Shown: piece by piece, positions 18,236 through 27,165 of the stretch | Layout: every line of letters begins with the position of its first letter | Numbering within the stretch: the stretch's first letter is position 1 | Origin: Candidatus Micrarchaeota archaeon | GTDB taxonomy: Archaea; Micrarchaeota; Micrarchaeia; Anstonellales; Bilamarchaeaceae | Reading direction: 5' to 3' | Length of the DNA: 46,178 bases | Assembly: GCA_043816005.1 (NCBI GenBank) | Contig: JBDRIM010000005.1 | Coordinates: forward strand, 1-46,178 | Program-made: the position numbers and the translations under genes | Notes under the pieces: generated by a model | Databases searched by the model: none | What the model was told of the DNA's origin: nothing | Seen by the model: only the letters and a program-made list of their open reading frames with translations

Positions 18236-19423
18236 ATGTTAATTGGTTTGTGTGGCAAACCCAGTAGTGGCAAATCAACCTTTTTCATGGCAGCAACTTC
18301 AGTGCCTGTTGAACGGTCATCAAGACCATTCACTACAATAAAACCGAATAGAGCAGTCGCTTATGTTGAAGTTGAATGTGTGGATAAAGAATTTGATAAA
18401 CAATGCAATCCACGATCAGGTTTCTGCGTAAATGCACGAAGATTTGTACCTGTTGAACTTCTTGATGTTGCTGGTTTAGTGCCTGGTGCACATGAGGGGA
18501 AGGGTCTTGGAAATAAATTTCTAGACGATCTTAGGCAGGCAGATGTTCTTGTTCATATTGTTGATGCAAGCGGCTCTACAAATGAAACAGGAGAACGAGT
18601 ACCAGTTGGAAGTTATGACCCGTGTAATGATGTAACGTTTTTGGAACAAGAATTAGATTATTGGATTAAGGGAATTTTAGATAATAATTGGCAGAAATTA
18701 GTTCGAGAAGCAAAATTAAACAAAAAAAATGAAGAGATGCTAACAACCCAATTTAGTGGTCTGGGCATGACAAAAGATGTTATAGTAAAAGTTTTGAAAG
18801 AATTGAGATTAGAAGAAAAAAACCTTGCAGACTGGACAGAAGAGGAAAGATTAGAGGTATGTAAAAAAATAAGGCATATAGGAAAACCAATAATTATTGC
18901 AGCAAATAAATGCGATCTTTCAACAGGTTGGGACAATTATCAAAAATTAAAGAAAGAGTTTCCAGAATATGTTGTTATTCCATGTTCAGCTGAGGCAGAA
19001 ATAACATTAAAAGGAGCTACAAAAGCTAATTTTATCGAATATATTCCAGGGGATAAGACTTTTACAATTAAAGCAGAATTAAATCAAGATCAGCAAAAAG
19101 CAATGGACATAATGAAGCTTGTTTGTGATAAATATGAAGGAACTGGAGTTCAAAAATGTTTGAATGCTGCAGTATTTGACTTTTTACATTATATTGCAAT
19201 TTTCCCAGGTGGCGGCAATCTTATTGACAGCCAAGGAAGGTTATTACCAGACTGTTTCCTTATGCCACATACAACAAGAGCAATTGATTTTGCTTTCAAA
19301 TTACATTCAGACATTGGAAATGGTTTTATCAAAGCAATTGATTACAAAACAAAACAAGCAGTTGGGAAGGAACACACTTTGAAGCATAGGGATGTAATAG
19401 AAATTGTTTTCAAAAAGCCTTGA
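18236..19423 (+). CDS. ychF: Archaeal YchF/OLA1 Obg-family translation-associated NTPase
   Basis: GKPSSGKST, RPFTTIKPN, DVAGLVPGAHEGKGLGNKFLDDLRQAD, ANKCD, C-terminal TGS domain. GGAGG RBS lies in the last codons of the upstream gene. Confidence 0.93.
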   Translation: MLIGLCGKPSSGKSTFFMAATSVPVERSSRPFTTIKPNRAVAYVEVECVDKEFDKQCNPRSGFCVNARRFVPVELLDVAGLVPGAHEGKGLGNKFLDDLRQADVLVHIVDASGSTNETGERVPVGSYDPCNDVTFLEQELDYWIKGILDNNWQKLVREAKLNKKNEEMLTTQFSGLGMTKDVIVKVLKELRLEEKNLADWTEEERLEVCKKIRHIGKPIIIAANKCDLSTGWDNYQKLKKEFPEYVVIPCSAEAEITLKGATKANFIEYIPGDKTFTIKAELNQDQQKAMDIMKLVCDKYEGTGVQKCLNAAVFDFLHYIAIFPGGGNLIDSQGRLLPDCFLMPHTTRAIDFAFKLHSDIGNGFIKAIDYKTKQAVGKEHTLKHRDVIEIVFKKP

Positions 19424-19690
19424 ACGTCCAATTTATCGTCGCTACGATAAATTGACCACAAGACGATGCGTCGTTTTGTAGGTCGAAACGTTCAAGATAC
19501 TCGAAAACTTCGTTTTTCAAGAAACCCGAGGTTGTCAAAATTTCGCGAAGTAAAAATTAGCATGCCAGTTTTTTTGGTTCTTTTTTTCCTAAAAAAAGAA
19601 CAACCAGTCCCCTCCACCACTCATACGCTTGTCAAGAACGTTGCAACGTTCTTGACTGCCATTGTTGCTTTGCAACAATAGCATGGCAAT
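19419..19690. repeat. Cluster of nested short palindromic hairpins
   Basis: CTTGAACGT/ACGTTCAAG (19419-19427/19488-19496) encloses CAATTTATCGT-cgct-ACGATAAATTG. Perfect 26-bp palindrome at 19631-19656. ATTGTTGC-ttt-GCAACAAT at 19661-19679. Confidence 0.8.
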
Positions 19691-19763
19691 ATAGTTTAGG
19701 CTTATCATCGTGGTTTCGGATCATCCTAACTCAATTACTACGAATAGATTTATTATTCAGACA

Positions 19764-21284
19764 CTATCTTTGGTAAGGTTTAATCACTGGATAAACTCTC
19801 TTAACTATTTTTGGCAAGCACATTGCATGCAAACAGCCATAATTACATTTTTGGATTAGATTTTTAGTTACTGAACTAGAACAAACTGAATTAAAACTGC
19901 CAGGATTTTTACAAACGTAAGTAGCATAATTTTTGTAAACACCGCCATCCTTACAATAGGCATAATTGAAAAATTGATTTTTTCCGCAATCAGAATCTTC
20001 TGTACATGCTGGCTTGAAACAACTTCCATCATAACAACCAACTTCGCATGTTTGTTTTAATTCAGAGACAAGAGTTGAAGTGCATGAAGCTTGCAATGTT
20101 CCAGGATTGGAACATGAATATTTTTTCATATTTTGGAAAACAGAATCCCCTGAACAAAATAAATCAACATATTCAGTCGTTCCGCAATCAGAATCATCGA
20201 AACAAACAACTGATTTGCATTCGGCATTTTCACAAAGTTCTTTTGCTGAACAGTCTGTTACTAATTTATTTGAAATTAATTCTGAACATGCTGCGTTTAC
20301 TGTACCAGCATTGTTGCAAGTAAATGTGTTATACTGCTGAAAAACATCTTCATTATTGCATGATGCCTGGCCTATAAAGCCGTCTGAACCGCATTCTGCA
20401 TCAGAATAACAACTAGGTTGAACTAAAGGCAATGAATGAACCATAAACCACTGCCATTGTAGTATGTTCTTGGATTTGTCCCAATTATGCCCACCAGCAT
20501 CTGAATCAATTAATTGATTTGCATAGCCATGTGCAGTTAATTCCGATTGTAATGTTTTACTCCAGGAATATGAAACGGTTTCGTCGTTTTTCCCATGTAT
20601 TAGCAAGCCAGGAACCTCATATGCAGGATCTAGATTAGCATTTCTTGGTTCAATTGGAAAATAATAACAGAAAATAACATAACAATATTTTACTACACCA
20701 CCCGAATGTTCTGCAAATGCAGTTACGTTATCAGGGATTGCCACAGAAGCATAATATGCGAACAAAGCACCATAAGAATGTCCTGTGAAAAAAATATGAT
20801 TCTCTGAAACTTTATATGTTGAGGTTAGTTCATTCATGATATTTTTTACAAATTCAATATCCTGAGAAGTATACCTATCATCTGCTTGTAGATGTGCAAT
20901 ATCCCATCTAATGTAGGTCTGACTACCTGAAAAACCAGTAACATCATAACCAGGAATAGAGATAGGACCAAGAACGAAATCCTTTGGTGGTAAATCTTTT
21001 AATGAATCAGGAAAAACAACTATAAAACCTTCTTGATCAGCTAATTCCTGCCAACCATATGAATCTGCTGCAGCCTGAGCATTTCCACCCATTCCATGGA
21101 ACATAAATACAACAGGATAGAGGGTATTTGGATCATAATTTGTTGGTAAATAGACTAGATATGTTCTCTGTTTGGTTATATTGTCAAATGTTACATCAGT
21201 TGTTTTTGGTAACAAATTGCCGGCAAAAACAAAAGGGATCGAAATAACTAATAAAAAAATTAAACACTTAATAGTAGTATTCAT
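19764..21284 (-). CDS. Secreted alpha/beta-hydrolase (LpqC/PHB-depolymerase-like esterase) with three C-terminal Cys-rich repeats
   Basis: Signal peptide; FHGMGG; GHSYG nucleophile elbow; HGKND; GGHNW. Three repeats of C..D.(E/D)CG...C....V......C.N(A/P)G....C. Confidence 0.85.
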   Translation of the reverse strand: MNTTIKCLIFLLVISIPFVFAGNLLPKTTDVTFDNITKQRTYLVYLPTNYDPNTLYPVVFMFHGMGGNAQAAADSYGWQELADQEGFIVVFPDSLKDLPPKDFVLGPISIPGYDVTGFSGSQTYIRWDIAHLQADDRYTSQDIEFVKNIMNELTSTYKVSENHIFFTGHSYGALFAYYASVAIPDNVTAFAEHSGGVVKYCYVIFCYYFPIEPRNANLDPAYEVPGLLIHGKNDETVSYSWSKTLQSELTAHGYANQLIDSDAGGHNWDKSKNILQWQWFMVHSLPLVQPSCYSDAECGSDGFIGQASCNNEDVFQQYNTFTCNNAGTVNAACSELISNKLVTDCSAKELCENAECKSVVCFDDSDCGTTEYVDLFCSGDSVFQNMKKYSCSNPGTLQASCTSTLVSELKQTCEVGCYDGSCFKPACTEDSDCGKNQFFNYAYCKDGGVYKNYATYVCKNPGSFNSVCSSSVTKNLIQKCNYGCLHAMCLPKIVKRVYPVIKPYQR

Positions 21285-21420
21285 GATAGTCTACCTCGTA
21301 TTTTTTTAAGATATATTAATACTATTCATAATAAGTGTTTAAACGTGTTTAAAAAGATTGGGATAAATAAGGTGAAATTTTTCCATTAGAATTTTAAGTA
21401 CTATAATACGATATTGAAAC

Positions 21421-21723
21421 ATGATTATTGTTTTGACAACATATCCAAATAAGAAAAATGCACAGGAAATAGCAAAAAAGATTATAAAACAAAAACTTGC
21501 AGCATGCATCAATGTTATAAAAATCGAATCTTCGCATTATGAATGGAAAGGCAAGTTATGTAGTGGAAGCGAATTTCTACTTATTATCAAAACCGCAAAC
21601 AAAAACTATAAAAAACTGGAAACTTTCGTAAAGAAAAACCACCCCTACAAACTGCCAGAAATAATCAAGTTGAATGTCAGCGGATTTTCTGCTTATTTAA
21701 ATTGGGTTGATCAAGCGACTTGA
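21421..21723 (+). CDS. cutA: Divalent-cation tolerance protein CutA
   Basis: LAACIN, SHYEWKG, KT, HPYKLPEII, YLNWV. Confidence 0.93.
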   Translation: MIIVLTTYPNKKNAQEIAKKIIKQKLAACINVIKIESSHYEWKGKLCSGSEFLLIIKTANKNYKKLETFVKKNHPYKLPEIIKLNVSGFSAYLNWVDQAT

Positions 21724-22015
21724 TTGTTCCGCTTGATTTTTTTGAAATTAGTCTTGCTTCTCTACCTTCCAAAGAAGTAACAAGTGCCAAAAATCCAAGA
21801 ACTTTTTCTAAATAACTGCGTTCGCACCTAAGGATACCTAATTTTGTGTTAGTATCAAATTGCACTAATTTTAGAGCAGCATAGGACATTCCAAGTTCAC
21901 CAAAAAATTTCAATGCCTCGGATTGGATTGTTTTTTTGAGCTGTTCGTTGCCAAAGACTGGCCCTTTCAATTCGAATAAAACGTACCTTTTTCGTAATGC
22001 GTCTGATTTTACCAT
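21677..22015 (-). CDS. pop5: RNase P protein component Pop5/Rpp14
   Basis: RKRYVLFE, FFGELG, GILRCER, SGTIKS. Confidence 0.88.
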   Translation of the reverse strand: MVKSDALRKRYVLFELKGPVFGNEQLKKTIQSEALKFFGELGMSYAALKLVQFDTNTKLGILRCERSYLEKVLGFLALVTSLEGREARLISKKSSGTIKSLDQPNLNKQKIR

Positions 22016-22075
22016 ATGCCAACGAAAAAATTGGGCTACAGCGTATTAAATAACTTGGCATTTATAACCAAAAAA

Positions 22076-22657
22076 ATGGACAAACCTGATTTTCATTTTC
22101 CGCCATTACTTAGAAAGTTAAAACGTGGAGGACCTGCAGTTACTCTGCCAAAAGATGCAGGATTACTTATTGCATATACTGGCGTTGGAAAAGAATCAAA
22201 AGTAATTGAACTTGGTTCGGGTACTGGATTTATGACTGTCCAGCTTGCTAACATTGTAAAAGAAGTTATTAGTTATGAAAAACGAGAGGAATTCTTGAAG
22301 ATTGCTGAAGGTAATGTCCAACGTGCGGATTTGAAAAATGTTGTTTTTAAGTTTCAAGACGTTTTGGCTGGAATAGATGAAAATGATGGAAGTTTTGATC
22401 TTGTTTTTTGTGATATTCCTGACGCAGAAAAAATAGTCCAAGAAGCTTTTACTGCATTAAAAAAAGACGGGTATTTGGCAGCACATTGTCTGCAATCAGA
22501 ACAGGCAAAAGCACTGCATCTTGCTGCTGAAAAGATTTTTAGAGAGGTTTTCACAATAGAAGCCATCGTACGTGAATATGACGCACGAGAATTTGGATTT
22601 AGGCCAAAACATTTTGGCTTAATGCATACTGCATATTTAGTATTTGCAAGAAAATAA
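22076..22657 (+). CDS. trmI: tRNA m1A57/58 methyltransferase TrmI-like, lacking the N-terminal beta domain
   Basis: LKRGGPAVTLPKDAG, ELGSGTG, YEKRE, DIPD, RP...HTAYLVFARK. Likely ATG at 22076. Confidence 0.85.
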   Translation: MDKPDFHFPPLLRKLKRGGPAVTLPKDAGLLIAYTGVGKESKVIELGSGTGFMTVQLANIVKEVISYEKREEFLKIAEGNVQRADLKNVVFKFQDVLAGIDENDGSFDLVFCDIPDAEKIVQEAFTALKKDGYLAAHCLQSEQAKALHLAAEKIFREVFTIEAIVREYDAREFGFRPKHFGLMHTAYLVFARK

Positions 22658-22707
22658 AGGAAGGTTAGAAAGGAAACGTAGTTTCCTTTCATTTGCAAGA
22701 AAATAAA
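22642..22707. repeat. 17-bp direct repeat flanking a perfect hairpin
   Basis: ATTTGCAAGAAAATAAA at 22642-22658 and 22691-22707; GAAAGGAAAC-gta-GTTTCCTTTC at 22668-22690. Confidence 0.85.
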
Positions 22708-22786
22708 TACGATTTTCGACGAAATTACAGAAAAATGAAAATGATATTCTTAAACCTTTCTAGAGAACGTATATGAGGTGAAATCA

Positions 22787-23059
22787 ATGGCAAAAGTAGA
22801 AATAAAAAACGATGGACAGACAATTGAAGTTCCAGATGGAAGTATGCTTTCTGAACTCGATGGAAAAACAACTATTCTTTTTGCATGTAAAACTGGAAGT
22901 TGCGGATCGTGCAAATGCAAAGTTTTGGAAGGTAAAGAAAACCTTGAAGCTCCAAACGACGTTGAACAAGCAGGATTGGAAACTTTTGGAACAGACCCAG
23001 AAGACAGATTGCTATGCGTTTGTAAGATAAAAAAAGGGAATGTGAAGGTAGAGTATTGA
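22787..23059 (+). CDS. [2Fe-2S] ferredoxin
   Basis: CKTGSCGSC...RLLC; GAGGTGA RBS at 22775-22781. Confidence 0.9.
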   Translation: MAKVEIKNDGQTIEVPDGSMLSELDGKTTILFACKTGSCGSCKCKVLEGKENLEAPNDVEQAGLETFGTDPEDRLLCVCKIKKGNVKVEY

Positions 23060-23208
23060 TTGTTTAAGAACCACTAATGTGTTCAAATGGGGTTCTTAGA
23101 CTCCTTCCTGAGAGATTAGGAGAGAATAAAAAACCTAACAATTATGTTTTTTGTCAAACTTGTTAGCTAGTTTTGGTTTTACCTTAACTACACAGTTTTG
23201 GTGAAGCT

Positions 23209-23260
23209 CCCAATTGAAACGTTCGTTTCAATGGGCACATTGTTGCTTTGCAACAATGTC
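23209..23260. repeat. Two tandem hairpins immediately 5' of tRNA-Leu
   Basis: TTGAAAC-gttc-GTTTCAA, then ACATTGTTGC-ttt-GCAACAATGT. 23238-23257 is identical to 19660-19679. Confidence 0.8.
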
Positions 23261-23278
23261 GTTTCCTAAAAGCTTCAA

Positions 23279-23392
23279 GCAGGAGTAGCGAAGCGGTCAA
23301 ACGTGATAGACTCAAGATCGTTCCCTTTCCAAATGGGGTTTGGGAAATCTATTGGCTCAGCGCCTTCGAAGGTTCAAATCCTTCCTCCTGCA
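23279..23392 (+). tRNA. tRNA-Leu(CAA) with a 30-nt intron at 37/38 (23317-23346)
   Basis: Acceptor stem GCAGGAG/CTCCTGC-A; anticodon stem ATAGA/TCTAT; CAA at 23313-23315; long variable arm; GGTTCAAATCC T-arm; CTCA/TGGG central helix. No encoded CCA. Confidence 0.93.
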
Positions 23393-23545
23393 ATTTCGAA
23401 GAAATTGTGGGAGCCTTGAACACAAGTCAAGTGCTCCTGCATTTTTATTAACCAACACACGAGTGAAACGAGTGCAACTAACAAAAATCTCCTGTAAAAT
23501 TTTTCTAATTAACCTGAGTTAAGTATTTATATACTAAGAAACTAA

Positions 23546-23806
23546 TTGTTTACCATGTGCCCTGAAAAACAAATGACAAAAAAGGAAACTGCCGAAGCAG
23601 TGAAAGCAGAACTTACAGCCTCATTAGGTCCGAGAGGAATGTCACTAACTGAACTGATGGGTACAAAGGAAGTAAGACATATATTAGACAACGCAAGAAA
23701 CGCTGGGGATGTAAGGGAGATGGTAAAAGGATTTCTTGCAAAAAGAGGCTCTGTGAAATCAGGAAAGGGACCAGCACCCAAACCAAAAGCGCAGAAAAAA
23801 AGCTAA
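23546..23806 (+). CDS. Small hypothetical protein (start uncertain)
   Basis: Purine-rich ORF following a TTTATATA box at 23526; basic C-terminus. Confidence 0.55.
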   Translation: MFTMCPEKQMTKKETAEAVKAELTASLGPRGMSLTELMGTKEVRHILDNARNAGDVREMVKGFLAKRGSVKSGKGPAPKPKAQKKS

Positions 23807-24324
23807 TAAGTTATTCTATCAGTATTTTTGAATAGTTTTTCAAAATCTAGATCTACTCCTTCGGCAATAGTTTCAACGAATTCCTTTGCTGCAATATTAT
23901 TTATGGCAAACATATTTGTAAAATGTTTTTCTGCTTCTTTGTCGTCGTTAACAGAAAGACTGAAAAGAAAGAAAAGTTGCTCTGTTTCTTCACATGATCT
24001 TATATGCTCTGTAGCTTTGAGCAATTCGAAACCTTTTGTATATTCACCAAGTTTGTAATATGCAACACACGCATGAATCACACACATTATCATATCTGCC
24101 TCGTTTTTTGCTAAATTGTATGCCCTTCTTGCTTCAATTGTTGCCTCCCCAAAATTCTCAGATGCAATAGCTGATTTGGCAAGGAGAAAATGAGCAACCA
24201 TGTCCTCAGGATATTCATTAACATATTGTTTTGCAAAGTCGTATGCCTGCTCATTGCAGTTGTTTTGAAGATATAGTATTAACTGTTTTTGATATGCTAC
24301 TTGTTTCACTGTAATTCCTCCCAT
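23803..24324 (-). CDS. TPR-like helical repeat protein
   Basis: YPEDMVAHFLLAKSA, AYYKLGEYTKGFELL. Confidence 0.7.
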   Translation of the reverse strand: MGGITVKQVAYQKQLILYLQNNCNEQAYDFAKQYVNEYPEDMVAHFLLAKSAIASENFGEATIEARRAYNLAKNEADMIMCVIHACVAYYKLGEYTKGFELLKATEHIRSCEETEQLFFLFSLSVNDDKEAEKHFTNMFAINNIAAKEFVETIAEGVDLDFEKLFKNTDRITY

Positions 24325-24413
24325 ATTCCTAAAAATAATACTAGCTTACAGTTTAAAACTTTAAGTAGATGGGAAGAAATTAAAGCTGATAGTGAGTATT
24401 TTGTTCGAAGCAC

Positions 24414-24716
24414 ATGTCCATATACTTAAAAGTCCATGAAGACAATGGTAAACGAATAATTGCCGTCTGTGATAAAGACTTGATTGGTAAAGTATTGAAA
24501 GATAAAAAAGGTTACATGGACTTAAATACATATCGTGGGTTTTATGTTGGAAAAGAAGTCGAGGATGATGAAGTAAAAAAAGAATTAAAAAACTTCTCGT
24601 CGATAAATATGGTTGGAGAACAATCAGTAAGAATTGCACTTGAAATGGATCTTGTAAACAAACAAGACGTTATGTATATAAAGAATATACCGTATATTCA
24701 AGTCTATAAACTTTAA
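24414..24716 (+). CDS. DUF424 family protein
   Basis: KVH...IIAVCDKDLIGK, FYVG, INMVGEQSV, IKNIPYIQ. Confidence 0.85.
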   Translation: MSIYLKVHEDNGKRIIAVCDKDLIGKVLKDKKGYMDLNTYRGFYVGKEVEDDEVKKELKNFSSINMVGEQSVRIALEMDLVNKQDVMYIKNIPYIQVYKL

Positions 24717-24729
24717 TAGAGGTGGGGGT

Positions 24730-25137
24730 ATGAAAAGCATTACAATAATTGCAGAGGATAAAGTAGGACTTTTGGCAGACATATCATATATACTAGCAAA
24801 ATCAAAAATAAACATAGATATGATAACTGTGGAGGTCATCTCCACCAAAGCAATCATTTCACTTTGCTTATCCGATATTCTTAGAGGTAAAGAGGTAATT
24901 GAGGCAGCTGGTTATAAAGTTGAGAACCCAGAGGCAATAGTAGTAAAATTAAATGAAACACACGGAGAATTGACTAAGATAACCGCCATGCTAAAAAAAG
25001 AAGGTGTGGAAGTAAAAAATGTAAATATTCTTACAAAAGATAACGTCACTAGCATTGTTGCATTTATAGTTGACAAACAAAAGAGAGCCACCACAATATT
25101 GAAACCATATCTTATAACTAATGAGTCAGTTGATTAA
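24730..25137 (+). CDS. Tandem ACT-domain protein
   Basis: EDKVGLLADISYILAKSKINI; ETHGELTKITAMLKKEGVEV. Confidence 0.85.
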   Translation: MKSITIIAEDKVGLLADISYILAKSKINIDMITVEVISTKAIISLCLSDILRGKEVIEAAGYKVENPEAIVVKLNETHGELTKITAMLKKEGVEVKNVNILTKDNVTSIVAFIVDKQKRATTILKPYLITNESVD

Positions 25138-26113
25138 CAGTCACAGATTTTTCTTTTTTATCTATTTGTGCATTTAATTCATCAAATTTACCTACTGTTG
25201 CTAATTGAATAATATTTTCAATTATCGCATAGTTAGCATAGATAAAATCGCCGTTGGCCTTGAAATCTTTTTCTTCTTGCAATAGTTCCATAAGTCTTTC
25301 TTGTTGTTTTTCTAGTCTGGAAAGAAGTTTTTCGAGTTTCGGATTTAGTTTTTCAGCTTTTGAATAATATTCATCTGCGGCGTCACTTAGTGTTTGAGAT
25401 TCCTGAATAGTGAATGTAGAGTATTTCGACATAGGAGTTAGACCATAGTCGATGATCTTTGAACCGTCTACGAACAAAAGTGGCGTTGTTTCTTTTTTTA
25501 TCTTTTCTAGTTCGTACTCGAGTTTCTTTTTTTCACTACTATCTATTTGATTTCCTTGTTTTTTCTCATCTATTTTTGCCCGCGATAGTGCTTCTATCAC
25601 GTAATCTTTCCCTAATGGAAGCTTCATCAATGAGACAATTACATACCGGTCTGAAAGCTCAAGTCCTGACGTTGGGATATTTTTTGGTGGTGAATATTGC
25701 GAACCAGATTTGATTTCACGACCAGTCCAGGATTGGTATTTTACTGCAGCGATAGTTTTTCCATCCCTAATCAAAATAGCATTACCATCGCTAAACATTT
25801 CAAAGATAAGCTGTGCTTTATCAAAATCAAATAGAACAATACGATCGTGATTTACTTGAGTTATGGCTAATAATTTTGCATTATCAAGTTCTTTGGCAAC
25901 TTTCTCAGTAAATTTATCAGTTTCGCTTGTTTGCTCGATGTACTTAGTAAGATGTATCCGTACGCCAAGTTCACATAGAATCTCATAATTGGCTATTTTC
26001 ATCCGATAAATTCCGTCGTTGAGTTTCTTTATGCGATTAAAATGCTTACCAGTAATTTTTGGTGAAAGTTCATCAACTAAGAAAGAGTATTCCAGATTAG
26101 TCATGCAATGCAT
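25118..26113 (-). CDS. NFACT/Rqc2 (FbpA-like) ribosome quality-control protein, N-terminal part only
   Basis: MTNLE, GVRIHLT, QVNHDRIV, EMFSDGNAIL, GREIKSGSQYSPP, coiled coil. Ends before the NFACT-R/C domains. Confidence 0.8.
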   Translation of the reverse strand: MHCMTNLEYSFLVDELSPKITGKHFNRIKKLNDGIYRMKIANYEILCELGVRIHLTKYIEQTSETDKFTEKVAKELDNAKLLAITQVNHDRIVLFDFDKAQLIFEMFSDGNAILIRDGKTIAAVKYQSWTGREIKSGSQYSPPKNIPTSGLELSDRYVIVSLMKLPLGKDYVIEALSRAKIDEKKQGNQIDSSEKKKLEYELEKIKKETTPLLFVDGSKIIDYGLTPMSKYSTFTIQESQTLSDAADEYYSKAEKLNPKLEKLLSRLEKQQERLMELLQEEKDFKANGDFIYANYAIIENIIQLATVGKFDELNAQIDKKEKSVTVNQLTH

Positions 26114-26164
26114 GTAGTAAATAAGTAAGTGTACGTTTAAATCGCTTACCTGAGATAATATTGT

Positions 26165-27112
26165 ATGGACTTAGAGAGCAAACTCCGAGAATCGATCTCT
26201 GAAGACGAACTCGAGAAAACAATTAAAGAGAAGATCAACTCCTTCCACGGATTGCTCACACGAGAAGTTGCAATGAGACTTATTGCAAAAGAACGTGGAT
26301 TACTAAAAGAAGAGGAAAAAAACTGTAAGTTGGCTGAGATACCTAAAAATGAGAGAAAAATACGATTCAGTGCCCATATTAAAAAGATCTGGCAGGTTGC
26401 CGAATACTCTTCCGGGAAACGATCACGAGTGATAGAAGTGGAAGATGAAACAACAACCAAACCTCTTGTTTTGTGGAATGATGATGTTGACTTAGTAAAA
26501 GGATTACGGATTAGAGATGAGATAAATGTTAAAGGAACATATGAAAGGAATGGCGAACTTCATCTCGGATACAGTGGTTCAATAGAAGTGGTAAATAAAG
26601 CAGGTTTTTCCGATCTTTCAGATATAAACGAAGGTGATGTAGTTCATCTTAGAGGGATAATAAGCACAATAGAAGGCCATGATAAATTCATAGTTGATGG
26701 GAGATCAACACCTGGATTTTCATTCATGATTTCAGATGGAAAAATAGAGAGGAGATGCGTTATTTTTGAAGGGATTGGAAGAGCTAATAAAATCGAATTA
26801 AATGATGAAACTATAATCGAGGGTGCAGTTGTAAAAAATAGCAATATTGAGATTAATGATGGGGCTAGACTACTAATCAGGCGAGTCAAAAATATGCTTA
26901 TGGGTGAGGTAAAAAAAATCGAATGTGTGGATGAAAAATTGCATGTAGAAGTAGGAGAAAGGAAGGTAACATTAGATAGAGAAAATGCAATGAGATTTTT
27001 CAATGTCCAAGTTGCAGACGATGTAAAACTTTCAACAATCACCGAACTTAAAGAAAGATCAATATTAAATACTAAAGTTGCGATAAAGGAAAAAGATGGA
27101 CAAATCTCTTAG
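26165..27112 (+). CDS. Replication protein A / OB-fold ssDNA-binding protein
   Basis: FHGLLTREVAMRLIAKERG N-terminal helix; EDETTTKPLVLWND and ISDGKIERRCVIFE OB folds. Confidence 0.8.
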   Translation: MDLESKLRESISEDELEKTIKEKINSFHGLLTREVAMRLIAKERGLLKEEEKNCKLAEIPKNERKIRFSAHIKKIWQVAEYSSGKRSRVIEVEDETTTKPLVLWNDDVDLVKGLRIRDEINVKGTYERNGELHLGYSGSIEVVNKAGFSDLSDINEGDVVHLRGIISTIEGHDKFIVDGRSTPGFSFMISDGKIERRCVIFEGIGRANKIELNDETIIEGAVVKNSNIEINDGARLLIRRVKNMLMGEVKKIECVDEKLHVEVGERKVTLDRENAMRFFNVQVADDVKLSTITELKERSILNTKVAIKEKDGQIS

Positions 27113-27165
27113 AGTTGTAAATTTACAAAACATGAACAATTCGTGGAGTTATGAGGTGACAGCAG

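Noticed and set aside
19419..19690. CRISPR array, or the 71-aa ORF at 19466-19681
   Set aside because: No regularly spaced direct repeats and no cas genes. The ORF merely runs through palindromes.
22016..22075. Longer TrmI start abutting the pop5 start codon
   Set aside because: It would leave no room for divergent promoters. AT-rich TATA-like boxes lie in this 60-bp stretch, and TrmI similarity begins after Met 22076.
23248..23522. Short ORFs of 67 and 60 aa
   Set aside because: They overlap the tRNA-Leu gene and hairpins and have no protein-like features.
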